A stretch of DNA of 52,477 nt, from assembly GCA_043799175.1 (NCBI GenBank), contig JAZDOA010000083.1, positions 1-52,477 of the forward strand, read 5' to 3'. The stretch comes from Pseudomonadota bacterium (GTDB taxonomy: Bacteria > Desulfobacterota > JAZDOA01). The notes beneath the pieces are model-generated. The model saw only the letters and a program-made list of their open reading frames with translations. It was not told the origin of the DNA and searched no databases. Position numbers and translations under genes: made by a program. Below, one piece after another: positions 22,242 to 31,125 of this stretch; the first letter of the stretch is position 1; each line of letters starts with the position of its first letter.

Positions 22242-23390
22242 TCATGCATGTGTGTCCCCGCGCAAGCGGTGGGCTTCGGCGTATTCCAGGACAAAGGCTA
22301 TAAGGATCCCGAGGATGAGGGCAGCCGCGGTCAAGACCAGGACGATCACGGTTCTCCTGGGCTTGCATTTTTTCTGCGGTACCTGACCCACATCTAGTAT
22401 CTGGACGGTTGGAGTGTCCTTGGCCTCCTGGATCCGGGCCATCTCATATTGTTGGATCAAGAGCTCCCAAAGTGCCTCCTGGTACTTGACGTTTCGCAAG
22501 AGTCGGGCATATTGCACCCCCACGCCAGGTACGGTATCGCTGGGCAAGAGAAGGTCACTTCGCCCCGAGCCGCCCGTTTCCACCTTGGTGAGCTGCCGCT
22601 TCAGTTCGGCGATTTCGGCCCGGAGTACCTCCACCTCGGGGTGATTGGGCGTGGCATACGAAAGCAGGCTGCTCAGGGCCACCTCATTGGCGGCAAGGCG
22701 GGTCTTGAGGTTGGCGAACATGCTTATTACCGCATTGGACTGGGCGTCCACGTCGACGGTGCGCGTCCGCTGTTGGAATCCTTTCAGGGTATCCTCGGCA
22801 TTGGCCAGGGCCTTTTGAGTCTCGGCCAGGCGTTGCTTCACGAAGGCGCGCATCCTTCCGCCCGAGGTGGTGATGGTCTTGCGATTGACCCGGTCGAGCT
22901 CGGCGACAAAGGCATTGGCCATACCGGCGGCGCGCCGTGGATCCTTGTCCTCCACGGTCACCGTGATGATTCCCTCATCGGTGGTTTCGAGAGTGACCCG
23001 ATTTCCCAGGGCCGCGCGGGTGTTTTCCATGGTTTCGGCGCCGTAGACCTCCCGCAGCCCAAACCGCTGGATGACGGCGTCCTTGACGGTCTGACTTTTC
23101 ATTATTCCCAACCAGAGATCCGCCGGGGAGCCCATTCCCAGGTAGGATCCCAGCATGCCCATGGCAATACCCTTGCCACCTCCGTCAGCGGAGCCGCCCA
23201 TGAAGGGGCCGCCCATGGGGGAGTCTTGTTGAGGCAGGATGCTGGCGGTCGAGGAATATATTTTGGGAAGCATAAGGCTGATGATTACGGCGATAATCGA
23301 GGCGGACGCCGTGATGGCCGCGACCAGCCACCGCCGCTTGTAAATGACCCTGAAGTAGTCGAGCAGATTTATTTCTTGCTGTTCGGTCAT
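22242..23390 (-). CDS. Polysaccharide chain-length determinant (Wzz/GumC-like, no kinase domain)
   Basis: N-terminal Wzz motif with TM helix, coiled-coil periplasmic region, C-terminal TM; ends without Walker motifs. Confidence 0.8.
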   Translation of the reverse strand: MTEQQEINLLDYFRVIYKRRWLVAAITASASIIAVIISLMLPKIYSSTASILPQQDSPMGGPFMGGSADGGGKGIAMGMLGSYLGMGSPADLWLGIMKSQTVKDAVIQRFGLREVYGAETMENTRAALGNRVTLETTDEGIITVTVEDKDPRRAAGMANAFVAELDRVNRKTITTSGGRMRAFVKQRLAETQKALANAEDTLKGFQQRTRTVDVDAQSNAVISMFANLKTRLAANEVALSSLLSYATPNHPEVEVLRAEIAELKRQLTKVETGGSGRSDLLLPSDTVPGVGVQYARLLRNVKYQEALWELLIQQYEMARIQEAKDTPTVQILDVGQVPQKKCKPRRTVIVLVLTAAALILGILIAFVLEYAEAHRLRGDTHA

Positions 23391-23397
23391 CGTGGAC

Positions 23398-25653
23398 CTA
23401 GAAAATCTTCAGGACGATGCCCGCGGTGAGCGCGATCTGGGAGATGATCTGGGTGATGTCTTTCACCTCTCGCAGCCAGAAGACGCGCTCTATGTTCACA
23501 GGGACCACCACGGTGTCGCCGGGGTCCAACCGCAGGCCGTAGAAACCGGTGAGCCACCGGCTGTTTTCGTCATCCCAGCTTATGCCGAACCAGCCTTCCT
23601 GCCGTTTGCTGATGACCGTGCCGTCGGCCTTGAGCACATAGGCGGCGCGCTCATTGGCATCGGAGGTGGTCCCGCCGGCCTTCCGCAGATAAGACCTTAT
23701 GGTGGCGTCCGGATTGTAGATGAATGCCTCGGGGTTATAGACTTCGCCCATCACCTGGATGTATTCGGGCTTTCGGGGCACATAGAGGCAGTCACCGTTT
23801 TCCAGGGCGATGTTGGAGTTGGCCCCCTGGAGTTGTTCCGGCTCCCGCAGCTTGATGCCGATCCGCCCCAGGGCTTCCACGGTCCGCATGCGGGCGATGA
23901 AATTCTGCTGCCGCTCGGCCGCCGCGCGGTCCTGCGTTGCCTCTTCGGGGGAGAGGGCGCCCTGGACCATGCTCGCCGACTTGAGCTGCAGGTCCTGGTC
24001 CATCCGGTCCACCGATTCCTGCAGGCGGTCCTGCTGCAGCTTCTTGGCTGAAAGCCGGGTGAAAATGGCTCCCTTGAGATAGGCCTCGCTGGTGAACCCG
24101 CCAGCGCGTCGCAGCAGGTCAGACAGCCGCTCGCCCTTGGCCACCGCATAGATCCCCGGGAAGCACACCTCACCCGAGAGGGCAACGATCTGCTGCGTTT
24201 CCCATTGTGGCACGGAACGGACGAACAGATAGTCGTCGCCTTGCATCTCCAGGTTATGGGCCGCGTCCCCCGCCATGGCCAGGCCCAGGTCTATCTCCAG
24301 GCGCTCCGTGACCGGTCCCCCAGGCGTGATGTGAATGCGGCTCAACTCGGACTGTTGGCTGGCGTATCTCAGCAACCCTCCGGCATAGGTAAGCAGATCC
24401 CGGACGGTCATGCCCGGCTTGAGGCCGTAGACGCCGGGGTTCTTCACGGGCCCGGTTATGTGTGCCGTGCGTTCCACCAGGGCGGCCACGGGGTAGACCT
24501 TGAGCATGTCACCGCCCTGTAGCCTGACGTCTCCACTGGCCCCCGCCACGACCTGCTCCAGGTCGAATTCCAGGAGCCGCTGCTCCTTGCCTTCCTGCAC
24601 CCGCAGCAACTGGAGGCGATTCTTGAAGCCGACGTCGTTGACGCCCCCCGCCAGGGCCAGGAGGTCGGTGGCCATGGTCTCGCTCTTGAGTTCGTATATG
24701 GCCGGTACGCGGACGTTGCCCGCCACAGCCACGAGAGGTCCTATCGCGGGGATGAAGATGACGTCCTCGGGCATGAGCCGGGCGTCGCCGGTTTTGTCAC
24801 CGCGGATGAGGAGGTCGTATAGGTCGAGGCGGGCGATGGTGCGCCCGCCTCTCTTGAGCTGAATGTCCCGCATGGTGCCGGTCTTGCTGGGGCCGCCCGC
24901 GGCGAAGAGGGCATTGACCATGGTCGAGAAGGAGGAGATCGTGTAGCAGCCGGGCTGCTTGGCCTTACCGACCACGTAGATCTGAATGGCCCGCAGGCTG
25001 CCCATCGAGACATCGACGCTGATGCCGCGGTAGTAGCGCAGGAGGGCTTCCTTGATGAGGGCCGAGGCCTGGCTGAAGGTCAGGCCGGCCACGCGGAGCG
25101 TGCCGACGATCGGCAGGGTTATCTTGCCGTCCCGTCCCACCGGGCAATCATTTTGGGTGTTCACGCTGCCCCACACGGTGATGTGCAGGCCGTCGCCCGG
25201 GCCCAGAAGATAGTCCGGTCCCACCGGCAGCGCGTCGGCGGGGGCGAAGGTGGACGGCGCCTTGGAGAACATATCGTAGCCGAACTGGAACAACTCGGCC
25301 GCTATCTCCGGCGGCGCGTCCTGACGCACGTATTGTTCGAAGGGCGACGGCTTGACGGCCGCTGCCTCGGGGGGCGAATCCGGCTGGCTTGAAGGCGGCG
25401 CGCCGGGGATGGACGCCGGTGTCTGATTTGGCTTGGACGGCAGAGGGGTCGTCTGCATGGTCAGGGCCGTCTGGGCCGTCTGGGCCTTGAGCATTTCGGA
25501 ATAGGGGAAGACGGTGCCGCCTGCCGCGCCGCTCGCCTGGCAAGGAAAAACGTGGTAAGCAAGGGTGAAAAGGCAAACGCCAAACCAAAACCGGCTTGAA
25601 ACGGCCAGTGAGACCGCCAGAATGCGCCTGAGACTAGATCTGGGGATTTTCAT
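23398..25653 (-). CDS. Polysaccharide export protein (long Wza-like, Poly_export + several SLBB repeats)
   Basis: Y.LGPGD..I.VW export motif (YLLGPGDGLHITVWG) and repeated V.G.V..PG.Y SLBB-like units. Confidence 0.85.
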   Translation of the reverse strand: MKIPRSSLRRILAVSLAVSSRFWFGVCLFTLAYHVFPCQASGAAGGTVFPYSEMLKAQTAQTALTMQTTPLPSKPNQTPASIPGAPPSSQPDSPPEAAAVKPSPFEQYVRQDAPPEIAAELFQFGYDMFSKAPSTFAPADALPVGPDYLLGPGDGLHITVWGSVNTQNDCPVGRDGKITLPIVGTLRVAGLTFSQASALIKEALLRYYRGISVDVSMGSLRAIQIYVVGKAKQPGCYTISSFSTMVNALFAAGGPSKTGTMRDIQLKRGGRTIARLDLYDLLIRGDKTGDARLMPEDVIFIPAIGPLVAVAGNVRVPAIYELKSETMATDLLALAGGVNDVGFKNRLQLLRVQEGKEQRLLEFDLEQVVAGASGDVRLQGGDMLKVYPVAALVERTAHITGPVKNPGVYGLKPGMTVRDLLTYAGGLLRYASQQSELSRIHITPGGPVTERLEIDLGLAMAGDAAHNLEMQGDDYLFVRSVPQWETQQIVALSGEVCFPGIYAVAKGERLSDLLRRAGGFTSEAYLKGAIFTRLSAKKLQQDRLQESVDRMDQDLQLKSASMVQGALSPEEATQDRAAAERQQNFIARMRTVEALGRIGIKLREPEQLQGANSNIALENGDCLYVPRKPEYIQVMGEVYNPEAFIYNPDATIRSYLRKAGGTTSDANERAAYVLKADGTVISKRQEGWFGISWDDENSRWLTGFYGLRLDPGDTVVVPVNIERVFWLREVKDITQIISQIALTAGIVLKIF

Positions 25654-26119
25654 TGAGAGAGTGTCGTTTCATGGCCGCTGACGGCGGCAGCCCAAGGTGA
25701 TCCAGACTTTTGGGGCTGAGACTTGGGGAATACACTGAGTACAGTTCAGAGTCCTTTCGCGCGCTGTCTGCCGGCTCGAGGTGGGCTGGCCTCGATCCAG
25801 ACTAAGCCGACCGCGTACTGGCTGATATACTGGAACCTGGGAAATGTCAAGCAACATGTGGCATCCTAAATCTCCGGGTAACAGGAGTATTTGCCTTGCT
25901 CCAGTCGAAGGCCTTCACGAATCGGAAATTGGCGCCGGGATCCCATATTGGGGAATTTGGAAAGAGGCCCGAGAGTTGCAAGAGAAAATGGAGCACGGTA
26001 TTTACAGCCGCCGTGGGTTTGAATACCATAAGATCAAGTCCGTTGCGGCGGCCGGTCTCGGCCCGCGAGTGGCCGGCACGCCGCGCAATCCCATAAATCA
26101 GGTGGCTTAACCCTCAAGG

Positions 26120-27379
26120 ATGCCTGTCATGACCAAAACCTTGGCCTTTATTCTGGCCGGCGGTAAGGGTGAGCGGCTTGGTCCGCTCACCAAAGACCGC
26201 GCCAAGCCGGCCGTGCCCTTCGGGGGCATATATCGGCTTATCGACTTCCCCCTGAGCAACTGCATAAACTCGGGGCTGCGTCGTATCTACGTGCTCCCGC
26301 AATATAAATCCGATTCGCTGGAGATTCACCTCCGGCTGGGCTGGACCATTTTCAACATGGAAATGGGGGAATTCATCCTCAGCATCCCACCCCAGATGAG
26401 GGTGGGGGAGGACTGGTACCGCGGCACGGCGGATGCCGTGTATCAGAACATCTATACCATCGAGAAATATCAGCCCCGCCAGGTGCTGATCCTTGCCGCC
26501 GACCACATTTACAAGATGAATTACGCCGAAATGCTCAATTACCACAAGCGTACCGGGGCCGACGTCACCGTGGCGGCCATCGAGGTGCCGGTGGAAAAGG
26601 CGAGGCACTTCGGTATTCTCAGCGTTGGGAAGCGCTCGGACGTAAGCGAGTTCACCGAGAAGCCGCCTCTCGAGGAGGCCACTACCGTGCCCGGCCATCC
26701 GGGGGTCTGTCTGGCCTCCATGGGGGTGTATATCTTCAATACCCAGGTGCTTTGCCGCCTGGTGGAGGAAGACGCCCGCTCGGTGGGCAGCCAGCACGAC
26801 TTTGGGCGCAACGTCTTTCCCTCCATGATAGACCGCTACCGCGTCTTCGCCTACGAGTTCATCGACGAGAACCGCAAGACGGTGAAGTATTGGCGTGACG
26901 TCGGAACCCTGGACGCCTACTGGGAGGCCAACATGGACCTGGTGGGCGTGGATCCGCTGCTCAACCTCTACGACCGGGATTGGCCGCTACGCACCTATCA
27001 GCCGCAGTTGCCCCCGGCCAAGACGGTGTTCGCTCAGGAATTCGAAGGCGGGCGGCGCGGTCAGGCCCTGGACAGCATCATTTCGGCGGGCTGCATAGTC
27101 AGCGGAGGGCGCGTCAATCGCAGCGTGCTCTCTCCGGGCGTGCGGGTGAACTCCTACTCCGACGTTTCGGAATCGGTGTTGATGCACGGGGTGGAGATAG
27201 GCCGCTATTGCCGCATTCGTCGCGCCATCATAGAAAAGGACGTCTCGGTGCCGCCCGGCACCCAGATCGGCTACGACCTGGAAGAAGACCGCAGGCGTTT
27301 TGTCGTGACCGCGGGGGGCATCACCGTGGTCTCGAAAGGGGCGGAGCTTCGGGTCATGCGCGAGGTGGTCAACGCCTGA
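26120..27379 (+). CDS. glgC: Glucose-1-phosphate adenylyltransferase
   Basis: [26 protein letters not shown]-terminal signature; C-terminal left-handed beta-helix; 419 aa. Confidence 0.92.
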   Translation: MPVMTKTLAFILAGGKGERLGPLTKDRAKPAVPFGGIYRLIDFPLSNCINSGLRRIYVLPQYKSDSLEIHLRLGWTIFNMEMGEFILSIPPQMRVGEDWYRGTADAVYQNIYTIEKYQPRQVLILAADHIYKMNYAEMLNYHKRTGADVTVAAIEVPVEKARHFGILSVGKRSDVSEFTEKPPLEEATTVPGHPGVCLASMGVYIFNTQVLCRLVEEDARSVGSQHDFGRNVFPSMIDRYRVFAYEFIDENRKTVKYWRDVGTLDAYWEANMDLVGVDPLLNLYDRDWPLRTYQPQLPPAKTVFAQEFEGGRRGQALDSIISAGCIVSGGRVNRSVLSPGVRVNSYSDVSESVLMHGVEIGRYCRIRRAIIEKDVSVPPGTQIGYDLEEDRRRFVVTAGGITVVSKGAELRVMREVVNA

Positions 27380-27380
27380 C

Positions 27381-27420
27381 GGCCCTCGGGCGGCGAGACA
27401 ATCAACGACGCCCGAGGGCC
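27381..27420 (+). terminator. 12-bp GC stem-loop just after the glgC stop (possible terminator, no U-tract)
   Basis: GGCCCTCGGGCG-16 nt-CGCCCGAGGGCC. Confidence 0.4.
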
Positions 27421-27795
27421 CTAAATCTCCGGGTAAGAATGCAGGTCGTCTGGGCGCCGATAGCCGGTGCGAATGCCGCGTCCTCGGGGGGTTTTTCGCC
27501 GACCGGCGGCAGGGCCGTGGTTGCAGCAGCCCTCTCTTTGATGTGGGTGGAATGAACGTCAGACGTACCCGAGGGCGGGGTGTGCGTGGCGCGGCTCGCG
27601 CCCGCCTCGGGGTCGGCGAAAAAACCTCTGCGGTGCGACCTCGCTTGGCTCTCAAAAAACGCCCAAGCGGTTCGAACCGGTTGCTCCTTTCACCAAACGG
27701 GTGAAACCGTGAAGTGACCGTTATGCCAGTAACTTCGCTATTCCACAGCATAAAATTGCATCTATGTAAATCTTAGCCGGAGATTAGGGAGGGCC
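27415..27795. repeat. MITE-like composite element bounded by imperfect terminal inverted repeats (GGCCCT..AATCTCCGGNTAAG)
   Basis: Left end GGGCCCTAAATCTCCGGGTAAGA. Reverse complement of right end is GGCCCTCCCTAATCTCCGGCTAAGA. Interior holds an A/B repeat copy, itself flanked by a 15-bp inverted repeat (27490-27504 / 27611-27626). No ORF. Confidence 0.4.
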
Positions 27796-27806
27796 ACCCC
27801 CTGTGT

Positions 27807-28265
27807 TTAGGGGTTGTTCGGGGGCGTCCAGGTGCCACCAGGGGCCTGATTCAGGGAGATCCGCACCTTGGTGGGGGAGAGTGACCAGGCAGCCCCGTTG
27901 GCATCATCAAAGAGGGCGCCCATCCCCAGGGTCACCAAGTTGCCCAGGTAATACTTCCACTCATTCAGCCTGCCCTCGATGACCACCGTCTGCGGCGCGT
28001 AGCCTTCCTTCTCGAAGACCAGGGTGTAGTTCTTGGTTTCCCGGTGGAGCCAGATCTTGGTGGGCGTGGCCACCGTCCGGTACGGCAGCCCGTCCTTGAG
28101 TATGCGCACCATGGCGCCAGGCGGGTCGGAATCTATGAGCACCTCTTGTCGCGATATCCCCGTGCCCGTTACCTTGTTTACACAAGTGGCGCAGCCTCCG
28201 GCCATGAAGACGGATACCAGGACGGCGGCGAGCGCCGAGAGGCGCAATGCTGGAGATGGTTTCAT
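27807..28265 (-). CDS. PEGA-domain lipoprotein
   Basis: Start at MKPSP (ATG 28265), lipobox FMAGGC; PEGA-like SDPPGAMV...DG...TP...KEGY block. Confidence 0.6.
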   Translation of the reverse strand: MKPSPALRLSALAAVLVSVFMAGGCATCVNKVTGTGISRQEVLIDSDPPGAMVRILKDGLPYRTVATPTKIWLHRETKNYTLVFEKEGYAPQTVVIEGRLNEWKYYLGNLVTLGMGALFDDANGAAWSLSPTKVRISLNQAPGGTWTPPNNP

Positions 28266-28549
28266 TTTAACCCCCTGCCAAAGGATTCCCGCCCTCCGCG
28301 CCGAGGCCGCTCTTGGCTGTGGCGTCATGGTCCGTTGGGCTTCAGTTCCCAGGCCAAGTTGTTGCAAGAAGAGTTCCAAGACAGGCCAAGAAGAGTTTCG
28401 CGTTCCATAGACCAGCCTCGCCGAGTCGCTGTCGGGAGACGGTGTTCGAAATTAAATGTAACAGATTATTTTTACTGATTGGTAGAATAAAAATTATTGA
28501 CATCGCTGCCGGCCCGCGCTACGCTCCTTCTTTAGCGTGGGGGGGGGGC

Positions 28550-29443
28550 GTGGAACGGACCGGAGCCGAGCAAGCCGACGCAAAATCTGGCGGCCAGACC
28601 GAGAGCGGGGTGCTCGTCAGGCTGCGCGGGGCTTTGCCTTCCCTGAATCGGGCCGCCCGCCAGGTGGCGGATTTCATTCTCTCGGACCCTGAACGGGTCA
28701 TCCGTCTTTCCGTCAGCGAGGTGGCCATCCAAGCCAGGGTGAGTGATGCCACCGTGGTGCGCCTGGCCCGCCTCATAGGCCTTCGCGGCTACCAGGACCT
28801 CAAGATCACCGTGGCCCGCGATCTCGTCTCCCCGCTGGACAGCCTGCTTGAAGATCTCGAGGCGGAAGACCCCCCGGACGCGGTCCTGCGCAAAGTTTTC
28901 GCCGCCAATGCGCGCTGCCTGCAAGATACCCTGCGGGTGCTTGACCCCGCTGAGGTTGCCCGGGCGGCCACGCTGCTCGGGCGCGCGCGCAGGGTTCTGG
29001 TGATAGGGGTAGGCACCTCGGCGCCCAACGCCCACGACGCCGCCAACAAGCTCTTTCGGTTGGGGCTGAGTTGCGAGGCGGAGACCGACGGTCATCTTCA
29101 GCTCATGAAGGCGGCCTTGCTGGCCAGGGAAGACTGCGTGCTGGCCATCAGCCACTCCGGCTCCACCAAGGATCCCATCGAGACCCTGCGGGTGGCGGCC
29201 GAGCGAGGGGCGGCCACCATCTGTATCACCAACAATTCGCTTTCGCCCATAACCAAGGTGGCCAGAGTGCGGCTGGTGACGGCCTCGCGGGAGACCATGT
29301 ACCGCTCCGAGGCCATGAGCTCCAGGGTGGCCCAGGCCACCATTATTGATGCCTTGTTCACCCTCGTGGCCATGGCCGACCACAACCGGAGCCGACACCA
29401 CATCAAGCTTATCGAGGACGCCATCGTGGTGAAACAGTACTGA
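28550..29443 (+). CDS. RpiR/MurR-family transcriptional regulator (HTH_6 + SIS phosphosugar-binding domain)
   Basis: N-terminal [15 protein letters not shown] region; SIS motif [11 protein letters not shown]...ISHSGSTKD. No in-frame ATG; GTG at 28550 or 28610 is the likely start. Confidence 0.8.
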   Translation: MERTGAEQADAKSGGQTESGVLVRLRGALPSLNRAARQVADFILSDPERVIRLSVSEVAIQARVSDATVVRLARLIGLRGYQDLKITVARDLVSPLDSLLEDLEAEDPPDAVLRKVFAANARCLQDTLRVLDPAEVARAATLLGRARRVLVIGVGTSAPNAHDAANKLFRLGLSCEAETDGHLQLMKAALLAREDCVLAISHSGSTKDPIETLRVAAERGAATICITNNSLSPITKVARVRLVTASRETMYRSEAMSSRVAQATIIDALFTLVAMADHNRSRHHIKLIEDAIVVKQY

Positions 29444-29462
29444 AGGCAAAAAGGTACAAGCC

Positions 29463-30098
29463 TTGAACGACATCGACCTTCGTTCCTACGTATTTCTGGA
29501 CAGCCTTCAGCCCCAGTTGGCTTCTTTCATGGGCACCACGGCCCACGGTTTCCTGCCGGTGCCGGGCGTGGCCTCGCTCTGGATCGAAACCGCTCCGGGG
29601 CTGGTCATCAACCGCCTGATGGACGTCGCCCTCAAGGCCACCGGCTGCCAGCCGGCGGTGCAGGTGGTGGAGCGGGCCTATGGGCTGTTGGAGGTTCACG
29701 ACCTGGACAAGGGCAAGGTGCTGGCGGCGGGGCAGGCGGTGCTGAGCTACCTGGGGGCGGAAGAGAGCTCGCGCCACAAGCCTAGGGTGGTTTCCTCCGA
29801 GATCATCCGCGGGGTGGAGGCCTACCAGTGTCAGCTCATCAACCGCGGACGCCGGGGCAGCATGATCCTGCCCGGCGAATCGTTGCTCATCCTGGAGACG
29901 GTGCCCGCCACCTACGTCGCCATCGGCTGCAACGAGGCCGAGAAGGCAGCCCGGATCAAGCTCAACGAGCTCAAGCCCTACGGGGCCTTCGGGAGGCTAT
30001 ATATGTCCGGGCCGGAGGCGGAAATCGACGCCGGGCGCGAGGCGGCCCTGGCCGTGCTGGGCGCCATGTCCGGCCAGGAATTGCCCGCCAGGCACTAA
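29463..30098 (+). CDS. BMC-T shell protein (tandem BMC domains; resembles the double-stacking CsoS1D/CcmP/Haliangium T2-T3 class)
   Basis: Two BMC-like units (LWIETAPG...DVALKAT...; LLILETVPA...NEAEKAA...); N-terminal [17 protein letters not shown] block; TTG start. Confidence 0.75.
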   Translation: MNDIDLRSYVFLDSLQPQLASFMGTTAHGFLPVPGVASLWIETAPGLVINRLMDVALKATGCQPAVQVVERAYGLLEVHDLDKGKVLAAGQAVLSYLGAEESSRHKPRVVSSEIIRGVEAYQCQLINRGRRGSMILPGESLLILETVPATYVAIGCNEAEKAARIKLNELKPYGAFGRLYMSGPEAEIDAGREAALAVLGAMSGQELPARH

Positions 30099-30131
30099 GT
30101 TTCAACATACCGTACCAAGGAGGAAAGAAAT

Positions 30132-30473
30132 ATGCCTGAAGCCTTAGGCATGATCGAAACAAAGGGATTCGCGGCCATGGTCGAGGCGGCCGACGCCATG
30201 GTGAAGGCGGCCAGGGTGGAGCTGGTCGGATACGAAAAGGTGGGCGGTGCCTACGTGACGGCCATCGTCCGGGGCGACGTGGCGGCCGTGAAGGCGGCCA
30301 CCGAGGCCGGGGCGCGCAGCGCGGAGCGCGTGGGCGAGCTCATAGCGGTCCACATCATACCGCGGCCCCACCTCAACCTCGACCTGGTGCTGCCGCTGGG
30401 CCGCAAGGCCGAGGCCGAGCAGGAGGGCGGCAGGGCCGCCGGCCAAAGCTCCGGCACCCAGGGGCCTCGGTAA
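30132..30473 (+). CDS. BMC-H hexamer shell protein (PduA/EutM-like) with repeat-derived C-terminal tail
   Basis: [24 protein letters not shown]...[13 protein letters not shown] canonical BMC domain; RBS AAGGAGGAAAG; last ~16 codons and the stop lie in repeat B. Confidence 0.92.
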   Translation: MPEALGMIETKGFAAMVEAADAMVKAARVELVGYEKVGGAYVTAIVRGDVAAVKAATEAGARSAERVGELIAVHIIPRPHLNLDLVLPLGRKAEAEQEGGRAAGQSSGTQGPR

Positions 30474-30579
30474 AGAGCCGGGGCGGCAGGGCCGCCAGCC
30501 AATCGCCGGCACCCAGGAGCCTTGGTAAAGCCCGGCCAGTCTTCGAGGGTGCCGGTTACCTGTCGGCGTTGCCGACAGG
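30427..30579. repeat. Two tandem copies of repeat B (period ~56 bp) ending in hairpin CCTGTCGGC-GTT-GCCGACAGG
   Basis: GGCGGCAGGGCCGCCGGCCAAAGCTCCGGCACCCAGGGGCCTCGGTAAAG / GGCGGCAGGGCCGCCAGCCAATCGCCGGCACCCAGGAGCCTTGGTAAAG; the first copy is inside the BMC-H CDS. Confidence 0.85.
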
Positions 30580-30850
30580 GTGTGGGTTCCAGGCCGCCCT
30601 CTTTGAGTGGATGAAGATACTTCCGAGGTATGTGAGGGCGGAATTTGCCCGGCGCGGCTCGCGCCCGACAGGGCGTGGTTGCAGGCCGCCCTCTCTAAGT
30701 GGATGAAGATACTTCCGAGGTATGTGAGGGCGGAATTTGCCCGGCGCGGCTCGCGCCCGACAGGGCGTGGTTGCAGGCCGCCCTCTCTGAGTGGATGAAG
30801 ATACTTCCGAGGTATGTGAGGGCGGAATCTGCCTGGCGCGGCTCGCGCCC
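30574..30850. repeat. Tandem direct repeat, 3 units of 92-93 bp (variant of repeat A)
   Basis: Unit starts at 30574, 30667 and 30759. Units 2 and 3 differ at only a few positions. Each holds an inverted repeat GCCGCCCTC...GAGGGCGG and the hairpin GGCGCG-GCT-CGCGCC. Confidence 0.95.
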
Positions 30851-30928
30851 AGGGCCGCCGGCCAAAGCTCCGGCACCCGTGAAACTCGGTAAAGACCGGA
30901 ACACCTTAGAGGGTGCCGGTTGCCTGTC
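30851..30928. repeat. Repeat B copy flanking the tandem array on the right
   Basis: AGGGCCGCCGGCCAAAGCTCCGGCACCCGTGAAACTCGGTAAAGACCGG...AGAGGGTGCCGGTTGCCTGTCGGCGG. Confidence 0.8.
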
Positions 30929-30976
30929 GGCGGCTGGTACTTGGTTGCAGTAATTCCTAACGCGGATCTTGGGTGT

Positions 30977-31049
30977 TTCCGTTCGTGCTGATGTATAGAA
31001 GCACGAACACCAGTGGTTCGCCCTTCGATACCTCAGGACGAACGGTTTT
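30977..31049 (+). promoter_or_regulatory. Repeat C copy 2: four GTTCG/CGAAC segments able to form alternative hairpins, last one followed by TTTT (attenuator-like)
   Basis: CCGTTCGTGC...GCACGAAC...GGTTCGCC...GGACGAACGGTTTT, about 80 nt upstream of the BMC-P start. Confidence 0.35.
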
Positions 31050-31125
31050 GAAGCCAGGTTAATGGGTTACGCAACTAGGTACTAGACGCCTCGCGCCTTT
31101 AGCCGGAGATTTAGAGGATGGTTTT

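Noticed and set aside
25844-26110. 88-aa ORF in the 465-bp wza-glgC intergenic region
   Set aside because: It has no RBS and no motif, its GC content is lower and non-coding-like, and it starts inside the CTAAATCTCCGG repeat motif. The region is more likely a promoter or leader.
30574-30850. Possible CRISPR array
   Set aside because: The units are contiguous, near-identical 92-93 bp copies with no unique spacers between short repeats. No cas genes are in the window.
30556-30953. ORFs 30556-30876(-), 30607-30798(+), 30699-30953(+) and 30695-30904(-) with internally repeated peptides
   Set aside because: Their repetitiveness simply reflects translation of the 92-bp tandem DNA repeat. They overlap one another on both strands, lack RBS signals, and their unit length (92) is not a multiple of 3.
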